A stretch of 63,715 nucleotides of DNA, filler included, from Sphacelaria rigidula (lineage: Eukaryota): the NCBI GenBank assembly GCA_964200075.2. It is 11 parts of 11 records of this genome, joined end to end, with 100 filler letters (N's around TTAATTAATTAA, not from the genome) between each part and the next. Parts side by side here need not be neighbours in the genome. Positions count along the whole stretch, not along the records: positions 34,811 to 40,511 come from CAXNAA020025135.1; positions 40,612 to 46,312 come from CAXNAA020025136.1; positions 46,413 to 52,113 come from CAXNAA020025137.1; 8 more parts are not named here. One strand, 5' to 3'. The first letter of the stretch is position 1, and each line of letters opens with the position of its first letter. Positions 35,072 through 46,865 of the stretch are shown here, one piece after another. The notes beneath the pieces were generated by a model that was given only the letters and a program-made list of their open reading frames with translations, ran no database searches and had not been told where the DNA came from. The position numbers were made by a program, and so were the translations under genes.

Positions 35072-37849
35072 TGGAGGAGATCGATGAGACGCTCCACGTC
35101 GAACACGTTGCTTTTTCCGTAGATCATGTATCGCAGCGCCTCGCGTAAACGAGGACTGTCGTCGGTCAGCAGTCGCTTCGAGATGTATGGGTACGCCTCG
35201 TCGACAATAGCAAACCCCGGGTTACCCACCTTGGATGTCAGAAGAAAGGGACCAATGAGCCGAGTCGACGTGTGAAAATTGAAAACATCAACGGGGTCTA
35301 TGATGACAGCGATCACGAACGAATATTACCATGTCATCGACCGCAGAACAGAGCATATCATAATTTAACTCAAGATTTCATTATGCTCCTTTCAATATCC
35401 ACCAAGAAATGGTCATCCATACCTGTGTCTGTGTCTGTGCCCCCCCCTCTCCGTCTCTCATCCCTTGATCTAACATGCATGCTATCTAACATTTCTGCCC
35501 ACACTTGTCTCTCAGTCTGGTTGCCTCTTCTACCCCCCTCTTCTCTCTCCATCTCACCAGAGCAATCCCTTCGAGAACGCCGATCGCTCGAATAATAAGG
35601 GCGAAGTAGGGAGGGATGCGGAAGGGGTAGTCGAACGTAATCTGCGCCAGGTCCGAAGCGAGCGCTTGGAAGTTGATGCTCTTCGCGCCCCCCCCGGCCA
35701 AGGCCATGTTGAACACGTTCGTCAGCGCCGGGATGATAGGGGTCACATCCACCTGAAGCCATCATCGCCGTTGAGTACACACGCCACGAAAGGTACACGT
35801 CCGCAATTTTACAGGGGGGGGGGGCGTACTCATTTGTTGCTTGCCTTCGTCATTTGACCTTTCACCCCGCATCCCTTTCGAGACGGAGCACCGCTCCTAC
35901 TCCTATCATAATAGGGCCACCTTCAACATTCCTGCGCTCGTCATGTTTCTTCCATCCATTACACAAACAATTTTCATATATCTTATCCCCGTCCTGTTTC
36001 GTGGCCAATTTTACAGGGGGGGGGGGGGTAAAAATTTCAATCGTTCAGTAGCCTCACATCAACCGGTCAGAGCCATTATCCGTTCAAACTACTGGTCGGA
36101 AATGATACCAGTTATAACTGGCCATCATCATTATAATGGCAATAGTGGTAATGGTTATATGATAAAATTGGACAATGGCTTCAAACCATTATTTACCTTT
36201 ACCGGCTTTTAAAGCCGTTACTGGCTATGTATACTACAAACAGCCGTTGAAAATTGGCCCAAATTTGACGTATTTTTTAGCTCTAGTGAAGCTAAATCGC
36301 GTGAAAACGTGCCTCCGGCACAACGCCTCCAGCGGGGCTTTCCGGCGGGGACCCCTCTGCCGGGGAGGGGCTTTTTGGCTCACGGCTGCACCGCTTGATC
36401 ATCGAACCATTATGTACCATTTGACTGGTTAATGAGTGCGCTACGCGTAACCATCCAACTGGTTAATGGCTAGACAAACCATTCCCGGGCTCTAGTTCAA
36501 GCTGCTTGTGAAGCCAGGGCAGGAGGTGGTATAGAGCACAATTGGAAACAAGAAGAGTATTTCCAAGGAACGCTAGCGGTCCGGATATTGGGGTCCTGGC
36601 AAGCCCACCACTACATGAACGCGCTTGCACACCGAGATATCGAATGGCTGGATCGTCCCACGCGGACACGTTTGCGACATGCGCTCATAACGTTCCTCAC
36701 GGTCGTACGCCGTGAAAAACAACGACAAATCCGTCAACAGCCTCGACTTCTTATCGAGAAATATGGGCATCTCGGCGTCCAACAGGTTCGCTACATTTTC
36801 AACAATGGGATACAGGATCAACGCAATGGATCTGAATTATGTCGAATACGAAAACCCATCAGCGATAGACATATGCAGGGGTCACGTACGAGCCGTCTCC
36901 ACGAAGTTTTCACGCCTGAGAATCATCGGTACCAATGAGAAGCATTACAATGACAGCTCAATGGGAACGAAAAACGCGGACCTGAAGAGAGCGTCCCTCA
37001 AGAGGTCGAGCCTCCGACACGAAACAAACGCCTGAGCGAAATGTATCGTGATTCACGTTCATCACGTTAGCGGGCGCCGGAATGACCGGGGCCGCATCCG
37101 ATCGTAGCGTCGCTCGGAGACCTGAATTGAGTAGTGTGCTGGGCATCGGTACGCACGGTGTACACCTCCGCGGCTGCCCTGCTACTTCAAAATGTCATTT
37201 TTGTTTTTGGTCATGTTTTCCGCTAGCACTATCCAGACACGAGTAAAGTGTGTCTTTCCGTATTTGGCCCCGGTGGATACCGTGGAGAATGACCGAAAGC
37301 AACGTCACACCACCCACTGATGGACACGAGTAGAGCGTAACCGTTCGTATTTTGCCCTAGGGGATACCGCGGAGAAAGACTGAAAGCAACATCACACCAT
37401 CAACTGAGTGGGGTACCTCTTCTGGGATGAAGTCGAGACGCTTGAAGTCGTCACCAATGCCTTGATAGTCCCGGTGCACCAGGTGAGATATGGCTTCGAT
37501 CATGCCGAACTTCTGGTTTTCGGTGATCTGCGTCATCAGCCCAAAGTCCAGGATGGCCAACTTGCCGTCCAGGGTTCGAATGAGGTTACCTGTCAGGGTT
37601 GAGTATATTTGGCAGACCGTCCATAAAGCGAAACTTACTGGCGATACCATGGAGAAAAAAAATACGATGTCGAGTGGGGGAGCCACACCGGTTGTTACAA
37701 CCGATCAAATACGGACAGAAAAGAATATGCGTAGTACAGGCTCAGAGTGCGCCACGTAGCAGCTGAGGCGGCACAGGGTACCGCTTCCATGTCAAGGAGA
37801 GATTGAGCAGACATCGAGAGAGATATCGAGGGAGAGATATCGAAGGAGG

Positions 37850-37896
<47 letters not shown>

Positions 37897-40313
37897 AAAG
37901 CGAACGCAGGTCTCACAATGGGAAATCTCATCAGTGGCAGTGTCGAGGAGTCACGAAAGGAGCTGGTCAAGACGACAGTACACGACCAGTACTTCGGGCA
38001 GAGCTTTCGCGATTTTGTCTAGCAGCAAACGAGCTGTCTCCAAGCGGAGATGATAAAGCGATGCAGCATAGTACCGTACGTATCTGAAATATGAAAGCAC
38101 ATTCCTCCGTCCCGCTCCGCACCCCGTCCCCCTCCCCCGATGGTGACACAATTCTCAGTCTCCATTTCCTCGGGAACGACAGCGCTCGTGACCCCGAAAA
38201 AGCTCTTTCGTTGGAAAATATCTCGTTGAAGCACGTTCATGTTCGAGATTGTTCGGTGGTGCAGGATATTTCCATCTCTTGAAAAACCTCGAGGTTTAAA
38301 AATCGACAGCAAGTTGGAGGGAGGAAGGGCAACTCCTCTGTGATTTACGGCACACACACATACTTAGCAGTACTCACCAGGGTGGGGATCGGCATGGAAG
38401 AATCCCGTGTCCAGCAGCTGCGTCAGATCTGGAAAATGGAGTTACGGGGGCAAAGGGCGGGGTTGGCAGGACGAGTTCATGACGCGTGACCGCTCGTCCG
38501 CTCCCATTACCCGAGCTGTAGTTAATGAAAAGAAGTGCCCACCAAAGAGCCGTCATAAGATAGGCAGGATACACGTTTGGATGGTGGTTCGTAGCCCAGA
38601 GGCTGATTTTGTCCCTCAATTTGATGATGATCATGTCCGGACACATGAATCAACTGTCAAGCGCGCCCACTAGTGTGCTAGGTTCGTCGTAGAAATCGCA
38701 GCTTATGATGTAGTGACCGCTGTCTGCAGATGCCGCGGATGTACTTTACGGGAAACCCGGTTTTACCATCTTGACAATTATGCCGCAGCCAGCGAAAAGT
38801 CAGGCATCTAGAAACAGCTCTTTGAAGCCGTATTCCAGGCTTCCGTGCGTAAAGGGCATCAGCCATCTCGTGTGTCCTTAGTTGGGGATGGAAAAAAAAA
38901 ATGACGCCTTGAGCGGAGTTCGATTTGTCTGGTTGACTCAAACCATCGAGGCACGTCACGTAACGTACCGCTGTAGAACCAGAGGATCGGATCGGTGCAG
39001 CCCCATGAATGTCTTCGGTGATGTCTAGGCACAGTGTTTGGTATGTGGAGACAGTAACCGCACGAGTGTGTTGCCGTACGTGAGGTGTGCTTGGAGCGCT
39101 GCAGCCTTGACATGACAACGCCTGACTGTATTCTAATAATAGCAGAGGTGACGAAAACACAGCCATATCCCGGCAGCAGTCCCAGCAATCGCAGTTTCAA
39201 TAAAACGCCCCCGCCCACAGACCGTATGTGCATGGCCACGCCCTTTTCAACTGTTTAGCTGCTACGGTCACCAGGGTGCTACCTTCCCGTGTGTCGTTAC
39301 CGCAATACCGCGAAGCACGCTCTCGCATGTTGAGATGGGTGCTCGATCCGGCTGAACTGGTCACTCAACGCCCACAGGGCATACAGCACAGTCAAGCAGC
39401 ATTTGACGTCACAACTTGCTGGGACCGTCGACTTAGGGAGTTATTTTCCATCAGGAAACATCTGGGGAATATTCGCTGCATAGCATCGTTTCATAACAAC
39501 ACACACAGACATACGCGCACGCACTGCTCTGATCAATCGCCTTGGTGCCTGAACAAAGTGTTTGACACCCGTCCAAAAAGTCCTGTGGAGTCCGACGTTT
39601 TGGGGGGGAACACCCGAACATGACGGGGGAGACGCATGGCGCCGTGGCAAGTTTGGGTCACGGCGCCTCCCGGGGAGCTAGGCCTCAGTCCATCCCAATA
39701 CCAGCACTAAACAGGACAGCAAGCGACAACAAGGATATGCTGCAGTACTTGCTTACACTGGCTCGACGTGAGGTGTTTCGGATTTCCTTGCCGAAACAGC
39801 CATGTCAAGAAGGGTGTACTCATGAACTCACATGCCGGATTCATGAGACCCGTGTCAGGAAGGGGGAAAGAATCGAGAGAGCGTTCCCTGAGTGGGGATC
39901 AATCCCCGTGGACACCCCTCTTGAGATCAGTGCTAGTAGAGGGAGCGACAGGCCTAGGCCTGAAGGGAAAAACAAAAACGGTCGCAAATCATGGGCCACC
40001 TTGCCCAATCCTTCAAATGAGGGGTAGGGGGGGGGGGCGGGTCATCGCCCGTCAACCAAAATGAGTCTCTTGCTACCAGCACCACAATAAGAGCCGGAAA
40101 AAAAGGCAAATCACATCGCATAACGTATAAGCATGAGAGCCACACAGTGGGGTGGTGTTCAAGTGCGTTTATTCACTGACATGCCGTAACGCCGACGTTG
40201 ACCAGGTCTTGCACGTCGTCCGCCTTGCTCTGGCTCAGCTTTTCACCGTCAATCCATTCCGACACAAACACTCTCCTCGTCGTGAACTCGGGGTAGTTTT
40301 CCGGAACCACAAC
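35071..40313 (-). CDS. ABC1K6: Partial spliced gene: ABC1/AarF (UbiB-family) atypical protein kinase, plastid ABC1K6-like
   Basis: Exons 40313-40181, 38428-38378, 37589-37417, 35752-35558, 35229-35071 join in frame: VVVPENY...EWIDGEKLSQS...[35 protein letters not shown]...[45 protein letters not shown] and DFG are ABC1 kinase motifs; the subfamily call is from recalled similarity to plant ABC1K6. Confidence 0.92.
35813..35955 (+). repeat. Intronic copy of dispersed repeat family (type II head)
   Basis: gggggcgtactcatttgttgcttgcc...catccctttcgagacggagcaccg...gtttcttccat. Confidence 0.8.
36046..37190 (-). mobile_element. Possible decayed hAT-like DNA transposon fragment in ABC1K intron
   Basis: Frameshifted minus-strand fragments (...YERMSQTC / AWDDPAIRYLGVQARSCS...LAFLGN) resemble the hAT C-terminal dimerisation motif; boundaries approximate. 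Confidence 0.35.
37851..37890. repeat. (GA)n microsatellite
   Basis: About 20 GA units. Confidence 0.9.
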
Positions 40314-40511
40314 CTCAACATTTGAAAGGGGGGAGAGAGGCGGAGACAGGAGAGGGTGGGGGGGGGTGTACTCATGATCATGCATGCCATAATCATGAGA
40401 CCATTGAATTATTGAATTGAGGGGGTGGGGGGGGGGGGGGGGGGGTTCCATAAAATCTCAAGTCTGGAGGTCATTGAGCATTGCCCTATCTCCCCTCCGC
40501 ACGCCGGGACA

Positions 40512-40611
40512 NNNNNNNNNNNNNNNNNNNNNNNNNNNNNNNNNNNNNNNNNNNNTTAATTAATTAANNNNNNNNNNNNNNNNNNNNNNNNNNNNNNNNN
40601 NNNNNNNNNNN
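40512..40611. other. Artificial contig linker
   Basis: N44-TTAATTAATTAA-N44. Confidence 0.98.
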
Positions 40612-40912
40612 TATTTTTTTTTTTCTTTTTCCCCCCTTTTTCATTTTTTCCCTTTTTTTTTTTTTTCCCCCCCCTTTTTTTTTTCTTTTTTTTTTTCCCC
40701 CCCCCCCCCCCCCCCCTCCATCTGTCCGTCCGTCCGTTCAACTCACCCTCCGCCCCTCCCTTTGCCTTCGTCTTGTCTCTCGGTGAGACAATATTGCGGC
40801 TCAGATCATGTCCCGCCCTCTTTCCCTTGATAATTTGCTGCTATGCGTGCCGTCACCTTCTGTTGACACAAGCCACTTGACAAGCACTCCAGGCGATCCT
40901 CAAGCGGCCGTT

Positions 40913-42520
40913 ATGCCCAAACAGAAGAAGCAGAAGCAGCAGAAGCAGCAGCAGCAGCAGCAGCAGCGCAGCAAGTCACCCACCGCCTCTAAGGGCGGTC
41001 GAGGTCCACAGCAACAGCAACAGCAGCAGCAGCAGCAGGAACCCAACAACGCCAGCGGCAAAGCTAAGAAAAAAACGATGGACAAGGCTGAAAAACCGAA
41101 AAAATCCAAGAAGGCGTCGGTCGCGGGTAAAGCTCCAAAGCCCAAAAAGGTGCACGCTTACTTTTGATTTGGTGCTCTGCTGCATTGTGTTTGTTGTCGG
41201 ATCTTTCATGGTCTTGACATCCGCAGCCTCTTATGAAGTCGCATGTACATTACGTCATATTGTGCCGAAGGAGTTGACGGAAAAATATTTCCGCCTATTT
41301 GACGCGTACTCATGTTCTTGCATGCGATCGTCCTGTGACCATTGTCCTCGCATCCCTACAATTCCGGGACGGAGCACGCCGGGTTTTCGCCGGACCCCTC
41401 CCCCCCAAAACGAACATATCGCAAAAATGGCAACAACAACAACATTTACGGCCGGCTGTGCTTTTGCAGGCTCCACAAGTCCAGCCACAACGGCGGCAGC
41501 AGCAGCAGCAGCAGCAGCAGCAGCCCCAGAAGCCCCAGCAAAATATAGACAGTCTCGACGACCGTAGTATTAGTCATGATGTTCGAAGTAACGGCAAGCC
41601 CACGGAGGAGGAAACGCCTACCGATGGCCTGGCGGAGCTGACAGCTGCGATTGAGGCAGTGGCAACTGAGGGGGTGGACGAGGAAGTGGGCGATGGAGAG
41701 GAGGAGGAAGAGGAAGAGCGCGAGGACGCGGTGTACTGTGTGTGCCGGAGATCAGATGTCAGCGGCACGATGCTGGAGTGCGATTACTGCAAGGATTGGT
41801 TCCACGTGAGATTTTTCGTCGTATTCTTGGTTCTGTTATGGTTCTGTCATGGTTCTGTATCTTTTTGTTCTGTTTTTGTGACGTGCCGTGTGCTCGTTCT
41901 CGCATGGTGTATTTTACTGCGTGTGTGGGGAGGGGGGGTCTGACGTGACTGGCACTATGCTTGAGTCCAATTTCTGCAAGAGTTGGTGCTACGTATGTGA
42001 GTTTTTTTTTTTTTTGCTGCTATTTTTGTTGTGTACGTGCCTTGTGTGTGTGTGTTTGATGGAGGTTTAGTCGTGTATTCTCGTGTAGGCACACTGACAG
42101 TGTGTGTTGTATCGTACTCCAGGGTGTGTGCACGTTTCCCGTCATACTTTGAATAGCACCTCTCCATTTCGTCCCCTTCCTCGGAACGCTGGTCTGTAGT
42201 GTCAACGGATGGACCCACCTGTCTTTGCCCAAGAGGTTGATTGAAAGTCATTTTCTAGGGTTTATTTGGCAGTTCTTATCCAGATATTGAATGTTGATCA
42301 TTATGGAGAGGTCAATTGTCGGTCATTATCCAGAGATTGAATGTAACATCATAATCGAAAGGCTAGGTGTCGGTCATTATCCATACGTTATAGCTGTCAT
42401 TCATCATCCATATGTTGCAGCTGTCAGTTATTCTCCATGTGTTACCCCTGTCAGCCATTATCGAAAGGTCGAACTTTGATCCCTCAACATACCTCAGTTA
42501 TTCCTTCACCCGAAACCTTT

Positions 42521-42564
<44 letters not shown>

Positions 42565-45500
42565 CGCCCCCCCCCCCGCCCCCCCGCCCGCNNNNNNNNN
42601 NCCCTGTTCTCCCTTCTCGAAAGTCTCAACTTTTTTCCCCCCCCCCCCCCCCTTTTTTCCTCCACCCCCCACTTTTTTTCCCCCCCCCCCCCCCCCCCCC
42701 CCCCCTCCCCGTTCCCTGACTCTCCCAACCTCCCGACTGCTCGCCCTCCTTTCAGGTGATCTGTGTGGGCCTGACGGAAGCGGACTGTGACCGCTACTCC
42801 AAATACGCCTGCCCCAGATGCACAATGGACGGCAAAAAATCCAAGGTCCGCAAGAAACCGAAGCTTGCCCCCAACAACAACAATACGCCCACATCAGCGG
42901 AAGACCCCAACACACCACCAACGACGACGACGACAGCAACAGCCCCGCCGCGATCTCCATCCTCGTCATTGCTGCCAGGTACCGGTGCGGTCACCACCAA
43001 CAACAACAGCAAGAACAACAACGGGAGAAGCTCTCCCGCCTCCCCGTCTACCTTCGAAAGGGGGCCTACGGCGGCAGCAGCAGCATCATCATCAGCAGGA
43101 GGTGATGCCTCGTCGTACTTTCCTCGGAATCACCCGCATGGCGCGGCAGCCGGGGATGAGGTCGTAATCGCGTCGGAAATGATGGGCGGAGAGGGCAACC
43201 GTGCCGCATCTCCGGGGTTCTCAGTGGGGGGAGGTGGTGGGAACCGAGATGCGGCCAGTGGTAAGGGGTCTGCTTCTAAGGCTCACAAGGCTGCCGGCGG
43301 TATGTCTGGACAGAAGGCGTCTCCCGGGGGTGCTGGCCGGGGAGCAGAGGAGGTTGGCGGGGGGGGTGGTTCGGACGGCAGCGGCGGTGCGCGGGGGACT
43401 GCGGTGGGATGGGAAGCACGACGGGAGGTCGTGCCTCTGGCTGGTGGGTTGTGTGTGTGTGTGTGTGTGTGTGTGTGTCTGGTGCACATCCTGGACAATA
43501 CATGGTCAATAGTTGCAAAAGATAAGAAAATGTATCGCGTAGAGTATAGGCATATTGCATCTATTGTCTTTTCCCCTGTAGGGCGTAAGTCCAGCAGACG
43601 ACCATGCTACCCGCCGACAATGGGGAGGGGATAAGATAGGTCATTTTTTTGTGTGTATTCTATGGAAGAAACGTCATGAGCCTCCAAATGTTGGAGGTGT
43701 CTCTACTAGGAGTAGGAACGGTGCTCCGTCTGAGCCTTGCGTGATCAATCGTCAAATGTCTGAGGCAAACAACCAATGAGTGCCCCCCCCCCCCCTCATT
43801 CTACTCCCGTTCTCTAATAGATCTGTATCACATGTATTCCCCTCCGCGATGTCCATTGCGCTGCTCTTTTTCGAGTTTCAGATAAGAGCGTTCTCTGCCA
43901 GGCCAATAGATCATGGCTGCAGATTGTCTCCCCGAAGGTCACCGTCTACGTGCCTCAAGAGGTCTGTATGCACGTAGTATCATGTCTGTATCCTGTGTCT
44001 CAATGTATCTATACTGTGTAAGTATGTACGGATGTACGTTTATATTTATCCTCTCTTTGTGTATGTATGTATGCAGGTAGGTAGGTAGGTAGGTAGGTAA
44101 ATAAGAAGGTCGAAGACTGATGGTGATGGTACTTCTTTTTTGTGCACTTTGTCATCGTAGGAGGTCGGTGTGTCTTAATTTTGTGTTCTGCTCATCTTGT
44201 ACTATTGGGGCTAGGATTTTTGAGTATATGTTGTTTACATCATGTTAGAGTTGTTGTCTCTTTTTCGCTCGGGTTATAGTATTTCTTTCTTGTTTTTTCT
44301 GTTTTGTTATTCCCTTCCCTATTTTTGTATGTGATTTTGAATTCATTTTTTCTTTTGTTCCTCTCTCTTCAATTTTTAATTCAATTTTGTTTCTGATGTC
44401 GTTGAAATTCAGGGAGATGAGGTGTTCTACTTTCCCAGCGGTCATCGCGCTTACCTATCCCAACACCCAGATCCGAGAGCACGGCTTCGGAGGACTAGCG
44501 CAGCCTTTCAGCAGGTGATGATAAATAGATGTAAACGAGTTTGAGTGTGTGTGTGTTTGTTTTTTTGTAATATCTGGTTCAACGTGCCGAAGCACCCCTT
44601 TTGAAATATGGTTGATTCATGATGGTGTAGGCCCATCAGATTCGGAGCTTTGAAGGAGTTGACAGTCCCGGGTACCTTCATTGGTAGCACTATGCGGTTT
44701 TGCTCATATCTGTACCTCCGGCACCGATTTGAGCGTTGTCAACGCACGCATCCATCTAGGGCATTGTATATGCGTACCCGCCCCCCGAGGGTTCTCGGTA
44801 GTTGGGCTTAAGGTCAGGGTCAGGCTTACGGTTACGGTCATACTGTTTTAATTTAGGTCATGATACATAGGTCGATTCCTTGGGACCACGGTTTTCTCCC
44901 AATGAGGGGGAGGCGTTGAAAATATGCCAAAATATGATTGCTGGCGGGGGGGGGGGAGTGGTGAACGGGTGAAACGCCGTTCATGACGGGTGGGACGCCA
45001 TTCATGACAGGTGTAATGATGACCGTACCGGAGAGCCATGATGTTGCTACGTACGACCTTTCCCCCCTTCCCCCATTTTTTCTTATGCGCATAGATGGAC
45101 CGAGGAGGCGTAGCCTGCAGGGTTGCAAAAGTGGACTACGAACTGCCGGCGAGAGGTGATACCTTCGAGCCTCCGACTGTGGCAGCTGTAGCAACCCTGC
45201 TGGCCACGGGACCCCAAGCGTCGGCTGTCGGGGGCGGGCAGCCGCACGAGGTTTCACTGCGGCCAAGCGATTGCGCGGAGTTTTTGGTGCCCAAGCGGAA
45301 GGTTATGAAGGTAAGGTGGTTGAATAGAGGAGCAGAGTTGCTGTCAGCGGAGGGGCGGGAGGGGCATTTCAGTACTGTCGTATCGATGTACCCCCTTGTC
45401 TTGTAAGGGTTGGGGGGGGGGGCGTACTCATTTGTTGCTTGCCTTAGTCATTTGACCATTGACCACGCATCCCTTTCGAGACGGAGCACTGTCTTGTAAG

Positions 45501-45594
45501 GGTGGGGGAGGAAAGTATGATTCCAACTTCAGGCTGGACTCTTTCCCGTAACGCGCTCCCACCATGGCTGGATTCAGTTTTAGTAGTGGTGGTG

Positions 45595-45678
<84 letters not shown>

Positions 45679-46080
45679 TCCTATACTTAGATTCGTATTT
45701 ACTGTAATGTGTATTTCCGATGTGCTTTGATTTGACTGATTGTTTTGTCATGTTTTTTTTGCACCGCTCTTCATTTTTTTTCAATGATTTTATTCGTATG
45801 TCGCCTTTTTTTTCTTCCCTCCTACACAACAAAAAAACAACAACAGGCGCTGCACGAGGGTTATCAGCCCGGAGATGTCGTTTGCATGCGGTTCTCCGAC
45901 GGAGACGCCTACCAGGGCAAGGTCACGGCGGTGGACGAGGGTCCGTTCGGCGCAGCAGCGGCAGCAGCGGCAGCGGCAGCCGGTGGTGGTAAGGGAGGCG
46001 GTGCTGCTGGAAAGAAGATGAAAGCGTCCCTCCAACCGTGGTGGGAGGGCGTTACGCTGCGCTGGGACACCGGGGAAGAG
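40913..46080 (+). CDS. Partial spliced gene: PHD-finger protein with BRWD/PHIP-type ancillary (cryptic Tudor-like) domain; likely chromatin reader
   Basis: Exons 40913-41149, 41470-41805, 42756-43443, 43882-43961, 44413-44514, 45095-45310, 45847-46080 are phase-consistent. PHD: YCVCRRSDVSGTMLECDYCKDWFH|VICVGLTEADCDRYSKYACPRC. Then WLQIVSPKVTVYVPQE|GDEVFYFPSGHRAY and PWWEGVTLRWDTGEE as in BRWD/PHIP. 3' end missing; start codon tentative. Confidence 0.85.
43490..43795 (-). repeat. Intronic long copy of dispersed repeat family (type II)
   Basis: tatggaagaaacgtcatgagc...gaacggtgctccgtc matches 440-510; ggacaatacatggtcaatagttgcaa also at ~47258. Confidence 0.7.
45581..45678. repeat. Self-complementary compound microsatellite (GTG/TAG)n-(CTA)n
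   Basis: (TAG)n runs directly into (CTA)n; palindrome centre 45626/45627. Confidence 0.9.
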
Positions 46081-46312
46081 GTGAGCTGTGGAACTGTTGT
46101 TGTTGTTGTTGTTGTTGTTCTTGTTGTTGTTGTTGTTGTTGTTTATTGTGTTCCGATTGTGTCCCTTGAAAATATGGGAGAGGAACGCAGAAAATGTATC
46201 ATTTACTGTTGATGCGAAGTCAAGAGTTTGTCTCCACCGTCTGGTATGCACCCATGAGGCAGTGTGAAAGCCGTGGCTGTCTCTGGAAGTGGCTGTACCA
46301 AAGAATAAAGCA

Positions 46313-46412
46313 NNNNNNNNNNNNNNNNNNNNNNNNNNNNNNNNNNNNNNNNNNNNTTAATTAATTAANNNNNNNNNNNNNNNNNNNNNNNNNNNNNNNN
46401 NNNNNNNNNNNN
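46313..46412. other. Artificial contig linker
   Basis: N44-TTAATTAATTAA-N44. Confidence 0.98.
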
Positions 46413-46865
46413 AGTTGCTTTATTATCTGGTATCGCCACTTCCAGAGACAGCCACAGCTGCTACACTGCCTCATGGGTGCGTCACCAGCGATCGTTGGAG
46501 TCAGATGGAGAGTGGCTTGTTCGCGATCAGAGGATCAGGAAGACATTGACTGCATGTCCTCTGCGCTTTTTTGCGGGGGGGGGGTGATTTCGCGTCGTAT
46601 CACAGCCTCTTGTTTAGCGGTGCGATAGGTGCAGCATGCAGTAAAAATCCTCGAAATCATGTTGGAACTTGCGATCATGATACGTTGAATTGTGAATTCC
46701 TGTCCTGTGACCATGGCTGGATAATGATTCCTAGCTGCGTAGCGGAGCAATGTGACGTGCGACAACCAAAAAACTCATCAACCAACAAATAAATCAAGCA
46801 GTGATGGTTGAACGGAATCTTGTTGCTATTCTGTCGAATGCGCCTTTTTCTGGGTTCTTGTTCAG

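Noticed and set aside
42520..42710. Poly-C/poly-Pro ORFs and G-quadruplex-like tract (also 40612-40720)
   Set aside because: Low-quality homopolymer sequence with an internal N gap or at a contig edge; likely sequencing noise.
44805..44840. Degenerate telomere-like hexamers (also ~21893-21915 and ~48733)
   Set aside because: Too short and divergent from (TTAGGG)n to call an interstitial telomere.
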